Assembly: GCA_951406725.2 (NCBI GenBank)
Contig: OX597815.1
Span: 104,780,001-104,844,000, forward strand
Origin: Octopus vulgaris
Lineage: Eukaryota
Direction: 5' to 3'
DNA length: 64,000 bases
Shown: positions 27,931-42,723 of the stretch, in pieces
How the letters are laid out: each line of letters starts with the position of its first letter
Position numbering within the stretch: position 1 is the first letter of the stretch
The notes under the pieces: model-generated
Told to the model about the DNA's origin: nothing
What the model saw: the letters and a program-made list of their open reading frames with translations, nothing else
The model's database searches: none
Made by a program: the position numbers and the translations under genes

Positions 27931-28375
27931 AGGGAAACTGAAATAGAGAGATAGGTAGGATGTTGACACTACGTATAGATGTTAATAGAAAGATGAAAAG
28001 GAACAGATTTTTTTTATTGACGGAATGACAAAAACAGTTGAGTGGAAGAAAGCAGTTATGTTTGGGTGATATAAAGATATGGTCAAAATAATGTAGTGAA
28101 GGGAAGATAGAAAGAAAGAAAGAAAAAAGAAAGGAAAAATGAGAGTAAGTGAAAAGCAAAGGAGTGAATGTGGGAGGGAAAAAGAATATGAGTACAGATG
28201 GCAGCGAGAGGGAGGAAGAGAGAGAGAGCCAGAGAGTGAGAAAAGGGACTTATTTGATGTTATGAGAAATTTATTCTATACAATACGAACGTATGTACGT
28301 AGTGGTGACAGGACAGACTCAATAATTAATTGTTGACGTGTGTGCGAACGTGTATAGTTTAGTTTTATATATTTA

Positions 28376-30048
28376 CTAGCAGTATCGTCCGGCGTTGCTC
28401 GGGTTTGTAAGGGAAATAACTATATAAGCATTTTTAGTGAGTTATAGCAAAAAAATGCATTAAAAATGGAATAAAAAATGATGGTAATTTTTTTTTTAAA
28501 TCGTTGACTCATGTAGACATTTTTAGAGAGTTACTTCCCTTATATAATAGCGAAAAAATGCATTAAAATGGAAAAATTATGGTAATTTTTCTTTTAAATC
28601 GTAGACTCATCGTAGACGCGCGCTAATACCCAGAAGGGCTCGATATGAATCACGACTATAAGATACCCGGTTTTGGTTAAACTGCACCACAAAATGTGGG
28701 AGTAGTTAGGAATCTAAATCGTAGGAGACAGACACACAACTTCACTTTTATATACAAAGATTTGTGCAACAGCTAAAACATTCGGTTGTGCAAATTGTTT
28801 GCACAGGAAACCTGCCCTGTGTGGCGGTTTTTGCCGTTTTTGTGGATCTGTTTCAGCTTTTTTAGCGATTTCTGTTTTGGCGACTTCAAGCCATGAAGTC
28901 GTTGTTCTAAAAGAACGCTGGTCTCCTTGACAACGCTTTACGACGTTGATTTCCCTACCCTGCCTTCCCCACGGCTTCACGAGGGAGGGAAGAAGGAGAG
29001 GAGCTACACAGGTGCAGGTGCGAGCATGAACGCCAACGCCGCCACCGACACACGAAAAAATTGGAAGAACCCAGACGACAGCTTCAGCCACCACCACCAC
29101 CACCACCACCACCATTACGACCAACACCATCACCACTACCACCATGACCACCACCACCACTACGCCCATGACCATCACCACCACCATCACGAAGACCACC
29201 ACGACCACCACGACCACCAACATCATCACCACGACCACCACCACCACCATCATCACCACCCCCACCACCACGACCACGACGACCACCACCAACAACAACA
29301 ACACCACCACCACCACCACAAACACGACGACCACCACGACCACGACCACCATCACCACTACCAGCACCACCGCCACCACCGCTGCCACTACCACCGCCTC
29401 CACCACCACCATACTATGCCTCTGCTCTCTCCTTTTGGCTACTAAATCCATTACCATATTTCACAAGTACCATCGCCATACAATATTGCCTTCAAAAGTT
29501 TGTGTTTGGATAATATTTTTTAAGTAAAAGTTGTGCAACAACTATAACATTCGGTTGTGCAAATTATTTGCACGGGAAACCTTCCCTGTGTGGGGTGTTT
29601 CCCGATTTTGTAGAATTTGCTTTCGGGCTTTCTTAGCCATTTCTGTTTTGGTGTCTTCAAGCCATGAAGTCGTTGTTCTAAAAGAACGCTGGTCTCCTTG
29701 ACAACGCTTTACGACGTTGATTTCCTTACACTCCCTTCCCCACAGCTTCACGAGGGAGGGAAGAAGGGGGAGAAGCAACACAGGTGCAGGTGTGAGCATG
29801 GACGCCAACTCCACCGCCTTCCCTTTATTTAAAAAATATGCGTTAAAGTGGAAAAAAATTATGGTAAATTATTTTTAAAATCGTAGACTCATCGTAGACG
29901 CGCGCTAATACCCAGATGGGCTCGATATGAATCACGACTATAAGATACCCGAATTTGGTGAAACTGCACCGCAAAATGTGGGAGTAGTTAGGAATCTAAA
30001 TCGTAGGAGACAGACACTCACACAACTTCACTTTTATATATATATAGA
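28376..30048 (-). mobile_element. Composite non-autonomous Helitron (one 3' CTAG end, two 5' TC ends, duplicated internal block)
   Basis: CTAG plus hairpin at 28376-28404; 5' module present twice (about 28555-28760 and 29835-30048); ~285-bp block twice (28762-29047 and 29531-29816). Confidence 0.8.
29088..29411. repeat. Imperfect (ACC/ACG/ACA)n array inside the Helitron
   Basis: Directly visible. Confidence 0.95.
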
Positions 30049-32462
30049 TGTGGATATCTATTTACAAGACTGTGTACATATATATAATATAACTCGGTGT
30101 CTGTTCATGTTTCAGAGTATAGATGATGTGAGAGGGTACTTCGTGTACGAGACTGACTGAGTGCTTGTGCCTACTTTATTGCGAAATAAACATAGAATCT
30201 GATCTATGTATGTAAGCATGTTTCTGCCGCAACAGTAGAAATAACAGTGGATGCACGAACATGGCAACACTGACAGAGCAATGTAACGAATAAGTTTACT
30301 AACAGAAACGATGGCAATTCGGAGACAACTTTATTCGCCGGATGGGCTAACAAGCAATTCCATCTAGCCATCTAGAGTATATGAAGAACATTTCTTGTGA
30401 TTTCAAAAGTAAGTTGACAGAATGACAAGTTTAGCGAAAAAGAATATTTTGATATAATCGACAGTCACAGAAAAGAGTAAAGTTGAATTGGTCGATGAAA
30501 ATTAAACTAAAAGGCAAATTAGAAAAAAAAACCGGATAAGAATATGTAACCGACAGCTAGATGCATATCATCTATTAAATCGCCAATTTTAAGCATTATA
30601 TAAACACTTTTAGGAAAAAGATTATGAAGCTTATTTTTTCCTAAAATTAGTTTTAAAACAACCAACACCGAATTGGCCACCAAAAACTGATAGCGAGAAA
30701 CTGTTAAAAAGAGAACATTAAATATGACTACTCGAATATTATACGGAAGTCGAACAGTGAGAGTAGAACAACTAGATAATTGGCAGATGAAACAGTGTTA
30801 ACCATAGGCAATACATTAATAGGCAACGCATTAATAAATCGACATTTATAAGACAGCCAACGAAAATTGTAGCCTCACGTAAACATAAGGAAACCACTCC
30901 AGTGTTGATAAATTAGTCCGAAATGCACCCACCACACACACACACGCACGCACAGACACACTCACACACACATACACGCGCACATACATGTATGAGTGTA
31001 TGTATGTATGTGTATATATGCATGTATGTGTATGTGTATAGAAGACATAACTGTACTGAAGTGAATTTTTTATACTAAGGATTTATCATATAGTGCTAAA
31101 TGCTTATTCTGGAACAATGACGTTCTTAAGTCCGTTAACGTTGCAAGATCTCTGTCTTAATCTTAATGAAATGGTATTTGTATTGGCGTGTTGTTTGTGC
31201 ATTTTGTAATAGGTCGCAGGGTTCTATAGAACATTTCTAAAAGAAAAGTTACTTCTTGTTTACATGTATAGATAGATATACAAAATTATAGCTGCCTATC
31301 AACTATCTTCATAATACACACACGCATATACACATAATACACACACACAGACATACACACATACACACACACAAATGTATAGGTGCTGCCAAGAATCAGA
31401 GAACAGAGCATTTAATATCGACTAAAAAAATGATGCCATTATTAACGCGAACGCAACATATATTGAATTTCTTTGGTTTCTGTGAATAATTAGAACTTGA
31501 TATTTTTCTGTGTAAGTGTTGAACAACCATAGGAGGTATTCTTCACGAATAATGAAATTAAATGTAGATAAGATAAGTAGTTACGAATATAGTAACATAA
31601 AATTACGCTTCAGTTGCATACCAGTGATTCTTCGCTTTAAAATAAATGCAATTCAAACTCAGACCGACATTGCTTTTTATCTTTCCGAGAGTGACAAAAT
31701 GAAATCAATACATATATCGGAGGCGATGTTGATATAAATGATACCGTAGAGAGGTGTCAGCATGGCCGCAATTAATAACCAATATTAGAAAAAGAATATA
31801 CGCATTTAATAGAACTAACACAACCAAGTCCGTTGAGTGTGAAAAACGTGTGATTTTATTTATTAAGTAACAACATTAATAATATATTTGAAGAGTCGGA
31901 ATGGCCACTGCTTGAACAACTCTGACTGTAAGCCAGCTAGATCAGATTTGACTTGGTGCTAAAAAAACTTCATGCAGTTCACCAATCTTATTGTCGTACA
32001 AAGATTTAAGAGGTCAAATATGTGGCTCATTATAAAATGAAAACTTTTCTAATACAAATCATTGTTTACTATGCAGCGTTTACTATGCATGATCAGCAGA
32101 TATTGCCTTTTTTCTATTTGTGTATTTGTAAGGCTAAAACAATTGTGTTTGAAGACTTAAATGCTTCTTTTCCGTTATAAGCGAGGCTAAAACATTATAG
32201 AATGATGTATGTAATCCTTCGAACTGACTTCAATATCGAATACTTAATGAACGTAGAACGATAATCAAACTCTAAACTACATTTGGAAAATAACCTGGTT
32301 CCCCACCTTAATATTTCTACTACCTCATCGGCTTCATTGAGATAACAAATACAGGGAGATGCATTGATATTCTATGATAAATTTTTAGAATGTCTTTTAA
32401 TTGAGTGTTGTCTGCTCTCATGGAGAGCTTCAAATATTTGAGCAAAAATATAAATATTCATA

Positions 32463-33614
32463 TATTAGGTTGGGCAAATTGTCCATTCGGTTTTAAGCAA
32501 AATTAACACACAAGTTATAGACACAATGATATAATAACCGTTTCATTTCAGTATCTTCTGTCATCTTGTGGGCTGATTTATTATTCCCTGCTCAAAGAAT
32601 TTCCAGTCAGTTCTAGTATAGAAGCTACTCCAGGTGTATTTTTACGCCATCTTCATAGTTGAAGCTCATTAAAATGAATTTTGAAGAAGCCGGAACAGCT
32701 AGAAATCTGAAGGCACAAGGACGGAAGAATATCGAGGATACAGCAAAACTTTGCACCTAAACTTTGCAGCCAAACCTCGGTAACTCTTGCTGAGTCTGGA
32801 AAGAAGTGTGCAGTCTAGCATTGTCACGATGAAAGATAATGCACTTACGGTTAACAAGTGCTAGATGTTTCTGGTGGACGGCTGCAATTAATTTTTACAG
32901 CTGGTCACAGTACACATCCGAAATGATTGTTCTGTTTTTGGGAAGAAGATCGAAGATGACAACACCTTTCTAATCCCACCAAATTGAAAGCCTAACTTTT
33001 TTCGAGTGATGTCCTGCTTTGGAGATTACTTTTGGTAGTTCGCTGCGTTTTCCCCATGGTTGTTTGCGCTTCGCTTTGTTATGGATGAAGCATTTTTTGT
33101 CCTTTGTGACCATTCTTTTCAAAAAAGGATCGTTTCCTACGATTCTACAACGAATCGCAGATGAAAATCCCTCGAGCGATTTTAGTCACATTCTAATGAT
33201 GCTTTATATATCTGGAGAATACATGTGATCATCCTGGTTATTGTTATTGATTTCAAGTGTACGGCAAAACTAAAGTGCATCTTGAAACTAAAAATCTCCC
33301 AATCGAAACCTTGAAAACCACTTCTGGTACGCCTCTATACTCAGGTCATATCATCCTACAGGCTTCAGCCACTTTCTTGTTTTTTATTAAAAAGATTAAA
33401 AGGCATGAGGTGTCGATGTTTTTGTTCTCACTTTTAAGAATGATCTCAGACATACGAAACACAACCTGTGTCGTCGGAAGATCGCGTCAAATTACGTTTA
33501 GTGTCAAATGCATAACGAGAGCGCATGCGCAAAAAAATAAAAGTTAGTTACTTAGTAAAGTGCTTGAAGTTTAGTGTCGACAAAAACAGAACGGAATCTT
33601 TGACAAACTCAATA
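32463..33614 (-). mobile_element. Mariner transposon, decayed, both TIRs recognisable
   Basis: Left end TATTAGGTTGGGCAAATTGTCCATTCGGTTTT; right end reverse complement TATTGAGTTTGTCAAAGATTCCGTTCTGTTTT; motifs PFLKRMVTKDKK, IIFHRDNARLHT, YPRYSSVLVPSDF*LFRLLQN. Confidence 0.88.
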
Positions 33615-36305
33615 ATTATCTTGAAATAGTTGGATCAATCTCATATCAACTTAAAACTCTTTTGGTCACTCACAGTTTCAGTTATTTCTGTATATTTCGT
33701 AAACAGTGGACCTGAAACTCGAACATATGAACCACTTTTAGAACCAACTCAGTTGATATACCTATAAATGATGTCTTCGATTTTTTTTCTAGCAATCGCA
33801 AACACATATTGCGCAAGAGATGGAAAAGATAATCGAGATAGGCCATAAATAGATATGAATTTTACATGAAGTAGAACAAAAGTCACCGGCTCCAGAAAAG
33901 AAAACTATTTCCATTGACAAGTGTATTACATTACACTCTTCACTATTGCATATAACATTCGAAATAAAATTATCTTTTCTATAATTCAGTATTTCTCAAA
34001 CAGTAACAGACCATCCCTGGCGTAAATAACACAATTACACTTTCTATCTGCAGGAAATACCTAACATGGAAATTTTTTCCAATTTTTCAATATAAATTAA
34101 ACATTCTGGATCCCCTTTTTTTGATTATCCCAGGAAAGAGAATATTATTGAAATGTCCTCTTGTTTAGGGGAAGGGATTAGAAAATACAGATAAGCAATG
34201 CACTATGTTGTATGCAATAGAAGAGAAGAAAATGCAACTAGACAGAAATCTACCTCGTGAGAAATATTTTTGAAAATCAAATATTTTGAAACAACGCACT
34301 TTACCAACGTAAAGCCTTTTCTCACCTTTCACAACAATCGTAAAATTAGTAAAAAAACAAAAAAAAGTAGTTAAGCATTAAAGGGCACACTAACATATTA
34401 CACAGCAATGCCTTCTTTATGTAACCTAACTTTGATGCAATATTTTTATTCTGGCATATTTCCCACTTTCCGGCACAGTGCCATCGTAAAACCAAACCAA
34501 AACAACAAATTTGGATACACTACTCTATGTATGCTTGTATGTGTGCGTGCATATATGTATATATGTGGGTACGTATGCAAGGTGTGTTTTCGTGTTCTAT
34601 GTATCTATGTCTATCTATCCACACGCAAACACACACTCACACACACACACACACGCAAACACACACACACGCAAACACATGCACACAGACTAACACACAT
34701 ACACACACGCACACACACATGCACACATATATTTGGCAAAGTTGATTTCTTGTCAGCCGTCCTACAACACGATTTATCGATGCAATTCTATTGAATCTTC
34801 AACATCTCCAATACCCAGATTTGGCAATATATCAAAATAATTTTCGATTCCGTATTTTCTGTTTGTAATACACCATTATATACCTATATTTATACATAAG
34901 TACACACACATACACACACGTATACACACATTAACATACACACACATGCACACACATACACACACATATGTATATATATAACTGTCTGGAAATAATGAAA
35001 AGAAATTTCGATTAGTAATCCCAAATTCTTACAAAGAGTCAGTGTATACTGCCAAACAAGTGTCAATTTCGTATCAGGTACTTCCGTTTTATTTGACATC
35101 ATTATTATGTAAATATACCACTGGAGTTCAGCTTATTGCCTGAGTTGATTAATTTAGTAATCTTTCTTATTTTCCTCTTCGCCCACAACTGGTATTGAGA
35201 GAAACAAATAGAAACTCCCGGATGTTCATCTCCACAGTAGTTTGATCTTGGATTAGCCAATACACCTTCGCAAAATAGCACTTTTAGACTGAAGGTGGGT
35301 TTTGTTTTCAGTTTATTCGGAGTTTCATCAGAATTTTGCACTCCAAAATTTGCTCTGATCACATTTTATATGCCCATGCTATTAACAACAAACGTCTTCT
35401 TCAAAGAACGACAAATATCTTAATGGAAGAATTGTTTTTATTTCCAGTGGCAATTCATTATTACTTCTGCTAACTTTTATGGCTTAACTTTTGTCGACAC
35501 AGAACACCACCAGTTTCATTGGAGTCGAAATTTTAACTTAATTTCTTTAGGACACTTTGAAAATTTGATGAAGTGTTCCTTTATTCAACTTCTTTGTATG
35601 TGTGTATAGATGGAGTAATGATTTATTTTATCCTGTAGCCAAAAGGTAAGGTAGGGCCCGTATCCCATTACAAAGTCTCCGAGGCTGGTGACTGGGAGGG
35701 AGGAAGTTTTCCTCAAGCCAGAAACTGGTCTAGGACCGCATAAAAAATATAAAATATAATAAAAAATAAATAATAATAAATATAAAATATAAATAATAAT
35801 AAATATAAAAAATAAATAATAATAAATATAAAATATAATAAAAAATATAATAATCCTTTATTTTTTTATTTTTTGTGATCCCAACTTCATTAAAGCTTCA
35901 CCACCTTCCCCTCCTTCCCTCTTTCTCTCAACATCCAATTCCTTCATTCTTTATCGAGTGAAAAAACAGTATGGACGATTTGTTTTGGAGTCTCGCAATG
36001 CCATATACGCCTATGAGGATTTACTTTCCCAACGAAACTCGGTTTTTTTCCCAAACTTTTTCTCAAACCTGCTATAATGTGATACATGTCTTTGGTGTGG
36101 TAATTGTACGCGGCTGAAGAAGGCTTTTGATCTACCTGTTATAACAATTATGCATTGATATAAGTTGTTCAATAAAGCCCGAAACATATGTACCACAAAA
36201 TCCTCTGCGTCCTGTTTTTCTTTTGATACATATATCCTATCACCTATACCACTAGCTGGCATATACAGGTGCTTACATTTATCAAGTATTCACCCTGAAT
36301 TTATT

Positions 36306-36320
36306 ATATATATATACATA

Positions 36321-36410
<90 letters not shown>
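36306..36410. repeat. (TA)n microsatellite
   Basis: Directly visible. Confidence 0.98.
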
Positions 36411-36417
<7 letters not shown>

Positions 36418-37094
36418 TTGTCCGTAAGTACTATCTTACCCATGAGATGTAAACTTGTCAAAATCAATTACAAAAGATTTTCTTGTATGCTAATAGCATA
36501 CAAGAAGCTGAATGCATCCACACCTTCAAAAGTAAGGAATACTAGTAGAAAATTCCAATAAAAAACACAGCAACAACTCTGACAGCACTTTATTGGTCAG
36601 GGAACAAAAGTGACGCACTCTGGTAGTGTTCAGCTGTACAGCGAATGCAAATCTTTCCACTAAACTGTGAAAACAAAAATTATCACCAACGGTGAACTAA
36701 TGAGGAACTTAAAGATCTGGGATTGAATTTTTACATTTTGCTATAGATGTGCTGATATATGTAAAAGTAAGTATTGTACAACAGCTTCAAGACGTTGCAG
36801 TTTTTTCAAGACCCAAATAAACTGAGACATTCCTTAAATCCAATCGATTAATGATACAGGGGAGATTTTAAAAATATTCCACAAATTCTTCATTTGAGTG
36901 TCCTGGAATGAGAGCTTGCACACATCGCATATGCATGCGGCATACACAACTGTACTAAATTGACTGAAAACAAATATTGTTACTTTTTAGCGATCGGTTT
37001 GAAAAAGTACTTGAATAAATTCTAAAAGGAATACATTCATATCAACACACACACCCACACACATAAACACATACACTCTCTTCCCCCCTCTCTC

Positions 37095-37127
<33 letters not shown>

Positions 37128-37354
37128 CGCAAAGTAGTTTATTCACGTATTCGCATATTCTTAGAAAATGTACTTGCACATTGTTAGTGAATTGATTAAG
37201 TTCTACAAAGGTCCTAAATCACAAAAAAATATATACAGAAACATACATGGATATATACAAACATAACTACACATACATACGTATATACTTGCATACATAC
37301 AAATATATGCATACAAGTATAAAAATTAGTTTTATGTCAGTGACATCTACACAA

Positions 37355-38165
37355 AAATTTATGAACATATATATCTATTGGTGAATGATAAACACTTTCA
37401 GTTATGTGTGTACAACACCATTTATGAAAATACACTGCTACTTTTGAATATTCACTACTATTCAAGAATATACACTTTTATTTATGATTAGTGCATGTCA
37501 GATAATGCACAAACCTTTATGATTATACACCGTAAGGCATAAAAAAGCAGTCATTTAATCTACATGCTCTCATATGAATGTAAATATTTATAAATATGAA
37601 CTGACATTTCAGCAACACAATATAATTTATGAATATATTTAAATATTTAAATATATGAATATACATCGTCATTTACGAACATAAATCATCAATTATGAGT
37701 ATGAATATATGCAGTCAATAATATTTAGTAATATTATTTATAAAAGTACTTAGTAAATTAAAGCTAAACACTTTTATTTATAAATATAACGCTCTTTTCT
37801 TCATAGGTACTATAACATTTTAGTATCCGCTGTCATTCATGAATACCCACTGTCACTTCATGACAGCAAGCAGTAAATTAAATATTGTACACTTCCATTT
37901 ATGAATATATATGAATCCTTTTGAATATATTATAAATTATGAATATACACTGTCATATGAGTTCTCACTTCATTAGTGGATAAACACATCTATTCAAGAA
38001 TATACATTGTTATTTATAAATATACAGAAACATTTATGAATATACACTGCCATTCATGGATATACATTTGTCAGTTATCAGTGAATACTGCCTTTTATGA
38101 ATATATAGTCATTTATTAACATACACTGGGATTCTTGAATATAGACTGGCATTAATGAATACAGT
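37355..38165. repeat. Degenerate ~21-bp minisatellite, consensus about TTATGAATATACACTGTCATT
   Basis: Many diverged TTATGAATAT(A)CACTG(T/C)CAT units, clearest at 37938-38165. Confidence 0.75.
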
Positions 38166-39546
38166 ATACGCTTTTGCGTACGAATATGCGGTGGCACTTG
38201 TGGAATATTCCCATTTGCCTCGCTCCTATTTGTAGTTGTTTATCTGGATTACTTTATCTCAATTATTACTTCACTTTTATGTTTCCTCTGACACAGCTTC
38301 AGTCGTTAAATTAAGTCACCTTCTCAGATGATAGTGACACGTATCCTATAATGACAATGTTCAAACCTAACTATAACAGTTTGGTAATTCGATTCGTCGA
38401 TGCCTTTTACAGGGCAAGCACAGCTCGATTGAAAGGTTTTGCATTACAAAAGTATCAAATAATTACTATTCCCTGTCTCTTTCTACTCACCTACATTTCT
38501 TTACCTCTATTTTACTTCCTTCTTTCTTTCCCTCCTTCTTTCATTCTCCCCCACCCCTCTCTCTCCCTCTCCCTCTCCCTTTCTGTTTTTCTCTTCTCTC
38601 TCTCGTGATCGTCTACATTATTATATTTTTCGTTTTCTTGCAGTGTTTATGTCTTCAAGCATAAACTCTTTTTCTCTTTTTCTTCACCTCTCCATTTCTC
38701 TGCCATCCTTCTTTTGTGTTCAATCTTACGACCCCACGTATTTCTCTTTCGGCCCCGTTACTATTTTCTTCCCTTTCTTATTTTTCTTTACTATGTCCCA
38801 TATTCATCATATTATCACTTCTCTCTCACTCTTTTTCTTTCTCCTTCAACAATATTATTAGATCTGTATCCTAGTATACATTTCTTAGCTACACTCCCAT
38901 TTCCTAAGATGCGCACACATTAAAATCTTTTCTGAATGTGAGGAATAAAAATCGAATCGGAAATTAACAAAAGAAATCTACGAAAAACAAAAATATATAT
39001 AAATCGAAATTTTTTGAAATATAAAGCATAATATTACGATAATTTCGAAAAAAATTCTAGACACAAATTAAAATCCTACATGAAACTATTTACAACAAGA
39101 ATTACAATTACCAGGTAAATGTATAAATAGATATTTAATATTTAACAAATTTATTATGGTGTGTTGAATTGAGTGAAGGATTGGATGACGAAGAGAGTAA
39201 GATAAAATAGTTGGAAACAGAAGGAAACTAGTTCCGAAAGTGTCTTCAGTTTAAAAGTTTCTTAAATAAGTCAATTTCAAAGTGTGGACTAAATTCATTT
39301 AATTTTCAAAAATCTGTTCATATCTGTAACAAACTCTTTTAGTTCATTATCAACTTAAAAATGACATTGTTGTTGTTGGCTATATTCAATTGATTTCTTT
39401 TGATTTATTATTTGAAATTGGATTTATAATGTATGCGAACGAAAATTTTACACATTTGTTTACAAAAAAGACCTAAGTTGTAAATAAATAAGGTGTGTAA
39501 ATAAAGAGAAATTACATTGTACCCTTTCACAATTGAATGCCAAGGC

Positions 39547-39765
39547 TAGAATCCTTTCTGCTAGAGACTCAAGGCTTGAAAGTTTGGAAGGAGGGGGCTA
39601 GTTGGTTACATCGACCCCCGAACTCAATTGGTGCTAATGTTATCGACCTAGAAATGATGGAAAGCAAAATCGACCTTGGCGGAATTTGGACTTGGAACGT
39701 AAAGTGCTGGAAGAAATGCCACTAAACATTTTGTTCGTCCCGGTAACGATTCCACCATTTCGGTC
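39547..39765 (-). mobile_element. tRNA-derived SINE with Nin-like central domain, diverged
   Basis: Minus strand: TGGTGGAATCGTTACC..TTTACGTTCCAAGTCCAAATTCCGCCAAGGTCGATTTTGCTTTCCATCATTTCTAGGTCGATAAC..GGGGTCGATGTAACC. Confidence 0.75.
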
Positions 39766-40655
39766 ATCATATATATCAGATACAACCTAAAAATAATCAT
39801 TGGTTTGATGTCTCACTGTGAATGAGACAAATTAACAAGGGACAATTATCAGATATAAGGAGGTTTTCCAACTTACTAGTAATATCATTTCCAGTCTCCT
39901 TAGGTCGTTCCGTACTGCCTTAGTGAAAATAAACATGATCAAGACTAATACATATTTGATGATCAAAATTAATACATATTTGATACCTAACAACCAAAGA
40001 CACACGCGATCAAGGTTGATCTGGATAGATCAACAACAAAACAAAAAAATAATCACATGCATAAGAGATTCGATAAATCACGAATAAACATTATTCTAGA
40101 CACGAACAAGGCGGAGGTCTATATGACGGGGAAAAGATATCAGCAAATATAAGTAATCTACTATATCTGTCGATGAAAGATATTGGAAGTATTATTTTGA
40201 TGTAGGGATTCAAAAATAGAAGGGAAGGTGCTTCACATAGATATAATATGAATATGCAAATTGTAAGAACCTGGTCAATAAATTAACCATTCTATCAAGA
40301 CTAATGAACTTAAATTCTTTTTCCTTTTAAGGAATTCGCATATCAAAGAAACTTCTTGTTACACGAACAAAGACAGACAAAAGTAAACTATATAGCTGAA
40401 TCAGCGAACGCCCATCTATTTTTCGTTATATACACATATAATTTACACACACTTACTCACGCCAAACAAGACAGGGAGTGTAATTGCATATTTATACTCT
40501 GTAGCAATGCAAAGGGAATATTTATGATATCAATCTCATGTGGCATATAAAAACGCAGAACGCAATATCTCAGAACATATTTCATTTCCATAGTAACAAT
40601 TTAACAAGGTTTCATTACAGGAACACGCAAAAGATTATTACACAACCTACCAGAA

Positions 40656-40671
40656 TTATTATTATTATTAC

Positions 40672-40764
<93 letters not shown>

Positions 40765-40768
40765 TATA
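40656..40768. repeat. (ATT)n microsatellite
   Basis: Directly visible. Confidence 0.98.
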
Positions 40769-41261
40769 TAGAGATTGAAAATTCATGTTAATGTAACAAG
40801 AAGGAAATTATAAAAAGAACAACTCAGAAAATCGTTGCAGGTTTCTCTTCGAGTGAGAAACAAGCACGGCTAATCGAAATAAATAAATAATGGGATATGC
40901 ACACATATATACGTACACACACAAAAACTTAGAAATACTCGGTTTCACGAAACAAGAGCAAAAGCAACTAACGCGGATTCTCCATATCCAATCTTTTAAT
41001 GACACAGTGAAGATCTGTAAGACATTTAAAAAATTCTTCATGTGAGAATGTTATGTGAATAGATGCACATTGTTGGGTGTATGCATCAACGGTTCAACCA
41101 AAACACCAAATCAACCATTTATTTACAGACACCGGAAACTCTCTTAACTTAAAAAAGTATTTTTACCTTGCTAGCGACCGGCTTGAACTCTCTGAAAAAT
41201 TAAATTAAGATAAAACACACACACACACACACACATACACACACACAAACACACGCATGTA

Positions 41262-41659
41262 TTACTCTTTTACTTGTTTCAGTCATTTGTCTGCGGCCAT
41301 GCTGGAGCACCGCCTTTAATCGAGCAACTCGACCCTAGGACTTATTCTTTTGTAAGCCCAGTACTTATTCTATCGGTCTCTTTTGCCGAACCGCTAAGTA
41401 ACGGGGACATAAACACACCAGCATCGGTTGTCAAGCAATGCTAGGGGGACAAACACAGACAAACACACACACGCATATATATACATATATACGACGGGCT
41501 TCTTTCAGTTTCCAAATCCACTCACTACCAAATCCACTCACAAGGCTTTGGTCGGCCCGAGGCTATAGTAGAAGACACTTGGCCAAGGTGCCACGCAGTG
41601 GGACTGAACCCGGAACCATGTGGTTGGTAAACAAGCTATTTACCACACAGCCACTCCTG
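41262..41659 (-). mobile_element. SINE, 22392 family, near full length
   Basis: Reverse complement of 22392-22802 along its whole length. Confidence 0.92.
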
Positions 41660-41704
41660 AATAGAAATAGGTTTCAAAGAGGAAAGAGAATACACGTGGT
41701 ATAA

Positions 41705-42723
41705 ATAGGGGAAAGGTAAAAAGAAGAAAGAGAAAATGCACATTGGATATAAAAAAATAAAAGCTTTTTTTTATGAAAGGTAACGATATATATATATACA
41801 GTTAGATGAACTGAAGTAGAATTAAGAGGTATAAAAGTCGTTATTATGAAATGTTAAAGAAGATTCAGAATCATTATTTCTGCCTTTTGTAGGACAGTAT
41901 TCGGGGGGGTTTTTTGTTGTTAATGAGTCATCTTCACTAGTTTAGATGTGAAGCGCAATTTTCGGCAAAAGTCCGTAGTGTTATCCTTGATTTCATTCGG
42001 GTCCGACCTGCGAGAGGTTGGTGTAAAGTTTAAACCTCTTGCTAGAATTTTAGTTTTAGTAGTACTTAGGATTTTCTTTGATAAGTTGATTATTTTCGGT
42101 TGTTCTTGTACATTTTGTTCCATTTCACATCTCTGTTACTCTGATTAGGTAAAAAAAATGGTTGTAGTAGGTGGATAGTTGTGGGAAGTATGTTATGTAT
42201 TTGGTTTGGTAAGGAGAAAATGGGTGTAAAGTGTGTCTGTGGTAGTATGTTTGTGGTGGAGTGACCGTGTAGTGGACTAGATTATGGTTGTTCTGAGGGT
42301 TGTTATATTGTCGATGGTTGATGAGGTCTGGGTTAAATTTATTATTAATTTTGTAATGTAGATGGAGGGAGAACTTATGTTGTCTAGTTATGTTGTGTCT
42401 ACTTGAATGCATGAAGTATCCATGCTGCGGGTGAAGTCTCGGGGGCAAGTTTTTCCATTGTGTGTGAGATGATGGGGGTATATTGGTAGGTAGTGGTTCT
42501 CGAAAGTTTAGGTTAGTCAGGAGGCTTTGATGAATCTTTTGATTTTTATGTAGGGGTCCTTGAAGATTACGTCTGGATTTTCTATTACGAGTGGATTCCC
42601 TATTTATTGTTTGAAAGTTATTTGTGGATAGAATTGAGGTGAGGTGGGTAGAGTTGTGGCCCCTAGTTTGTGGGTTTTTAAATATCCAATAAGCATTTTC
42701 TCCTTTTTCTTTTTTACTTTTCC

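Noticed and set aside
28714-29527. Long His-, Thr- and Val-rich ORFs (127-247 aa)
   Set aside because: They are translations of the (ACC)n-type array inside a Helitron, open in several frames because the repeat lacks stops.
37355-38165. CRISPR-like array
   Set aside because: Contiguous degenerate units without unique spacers, eukaryotic context, no cas genes.
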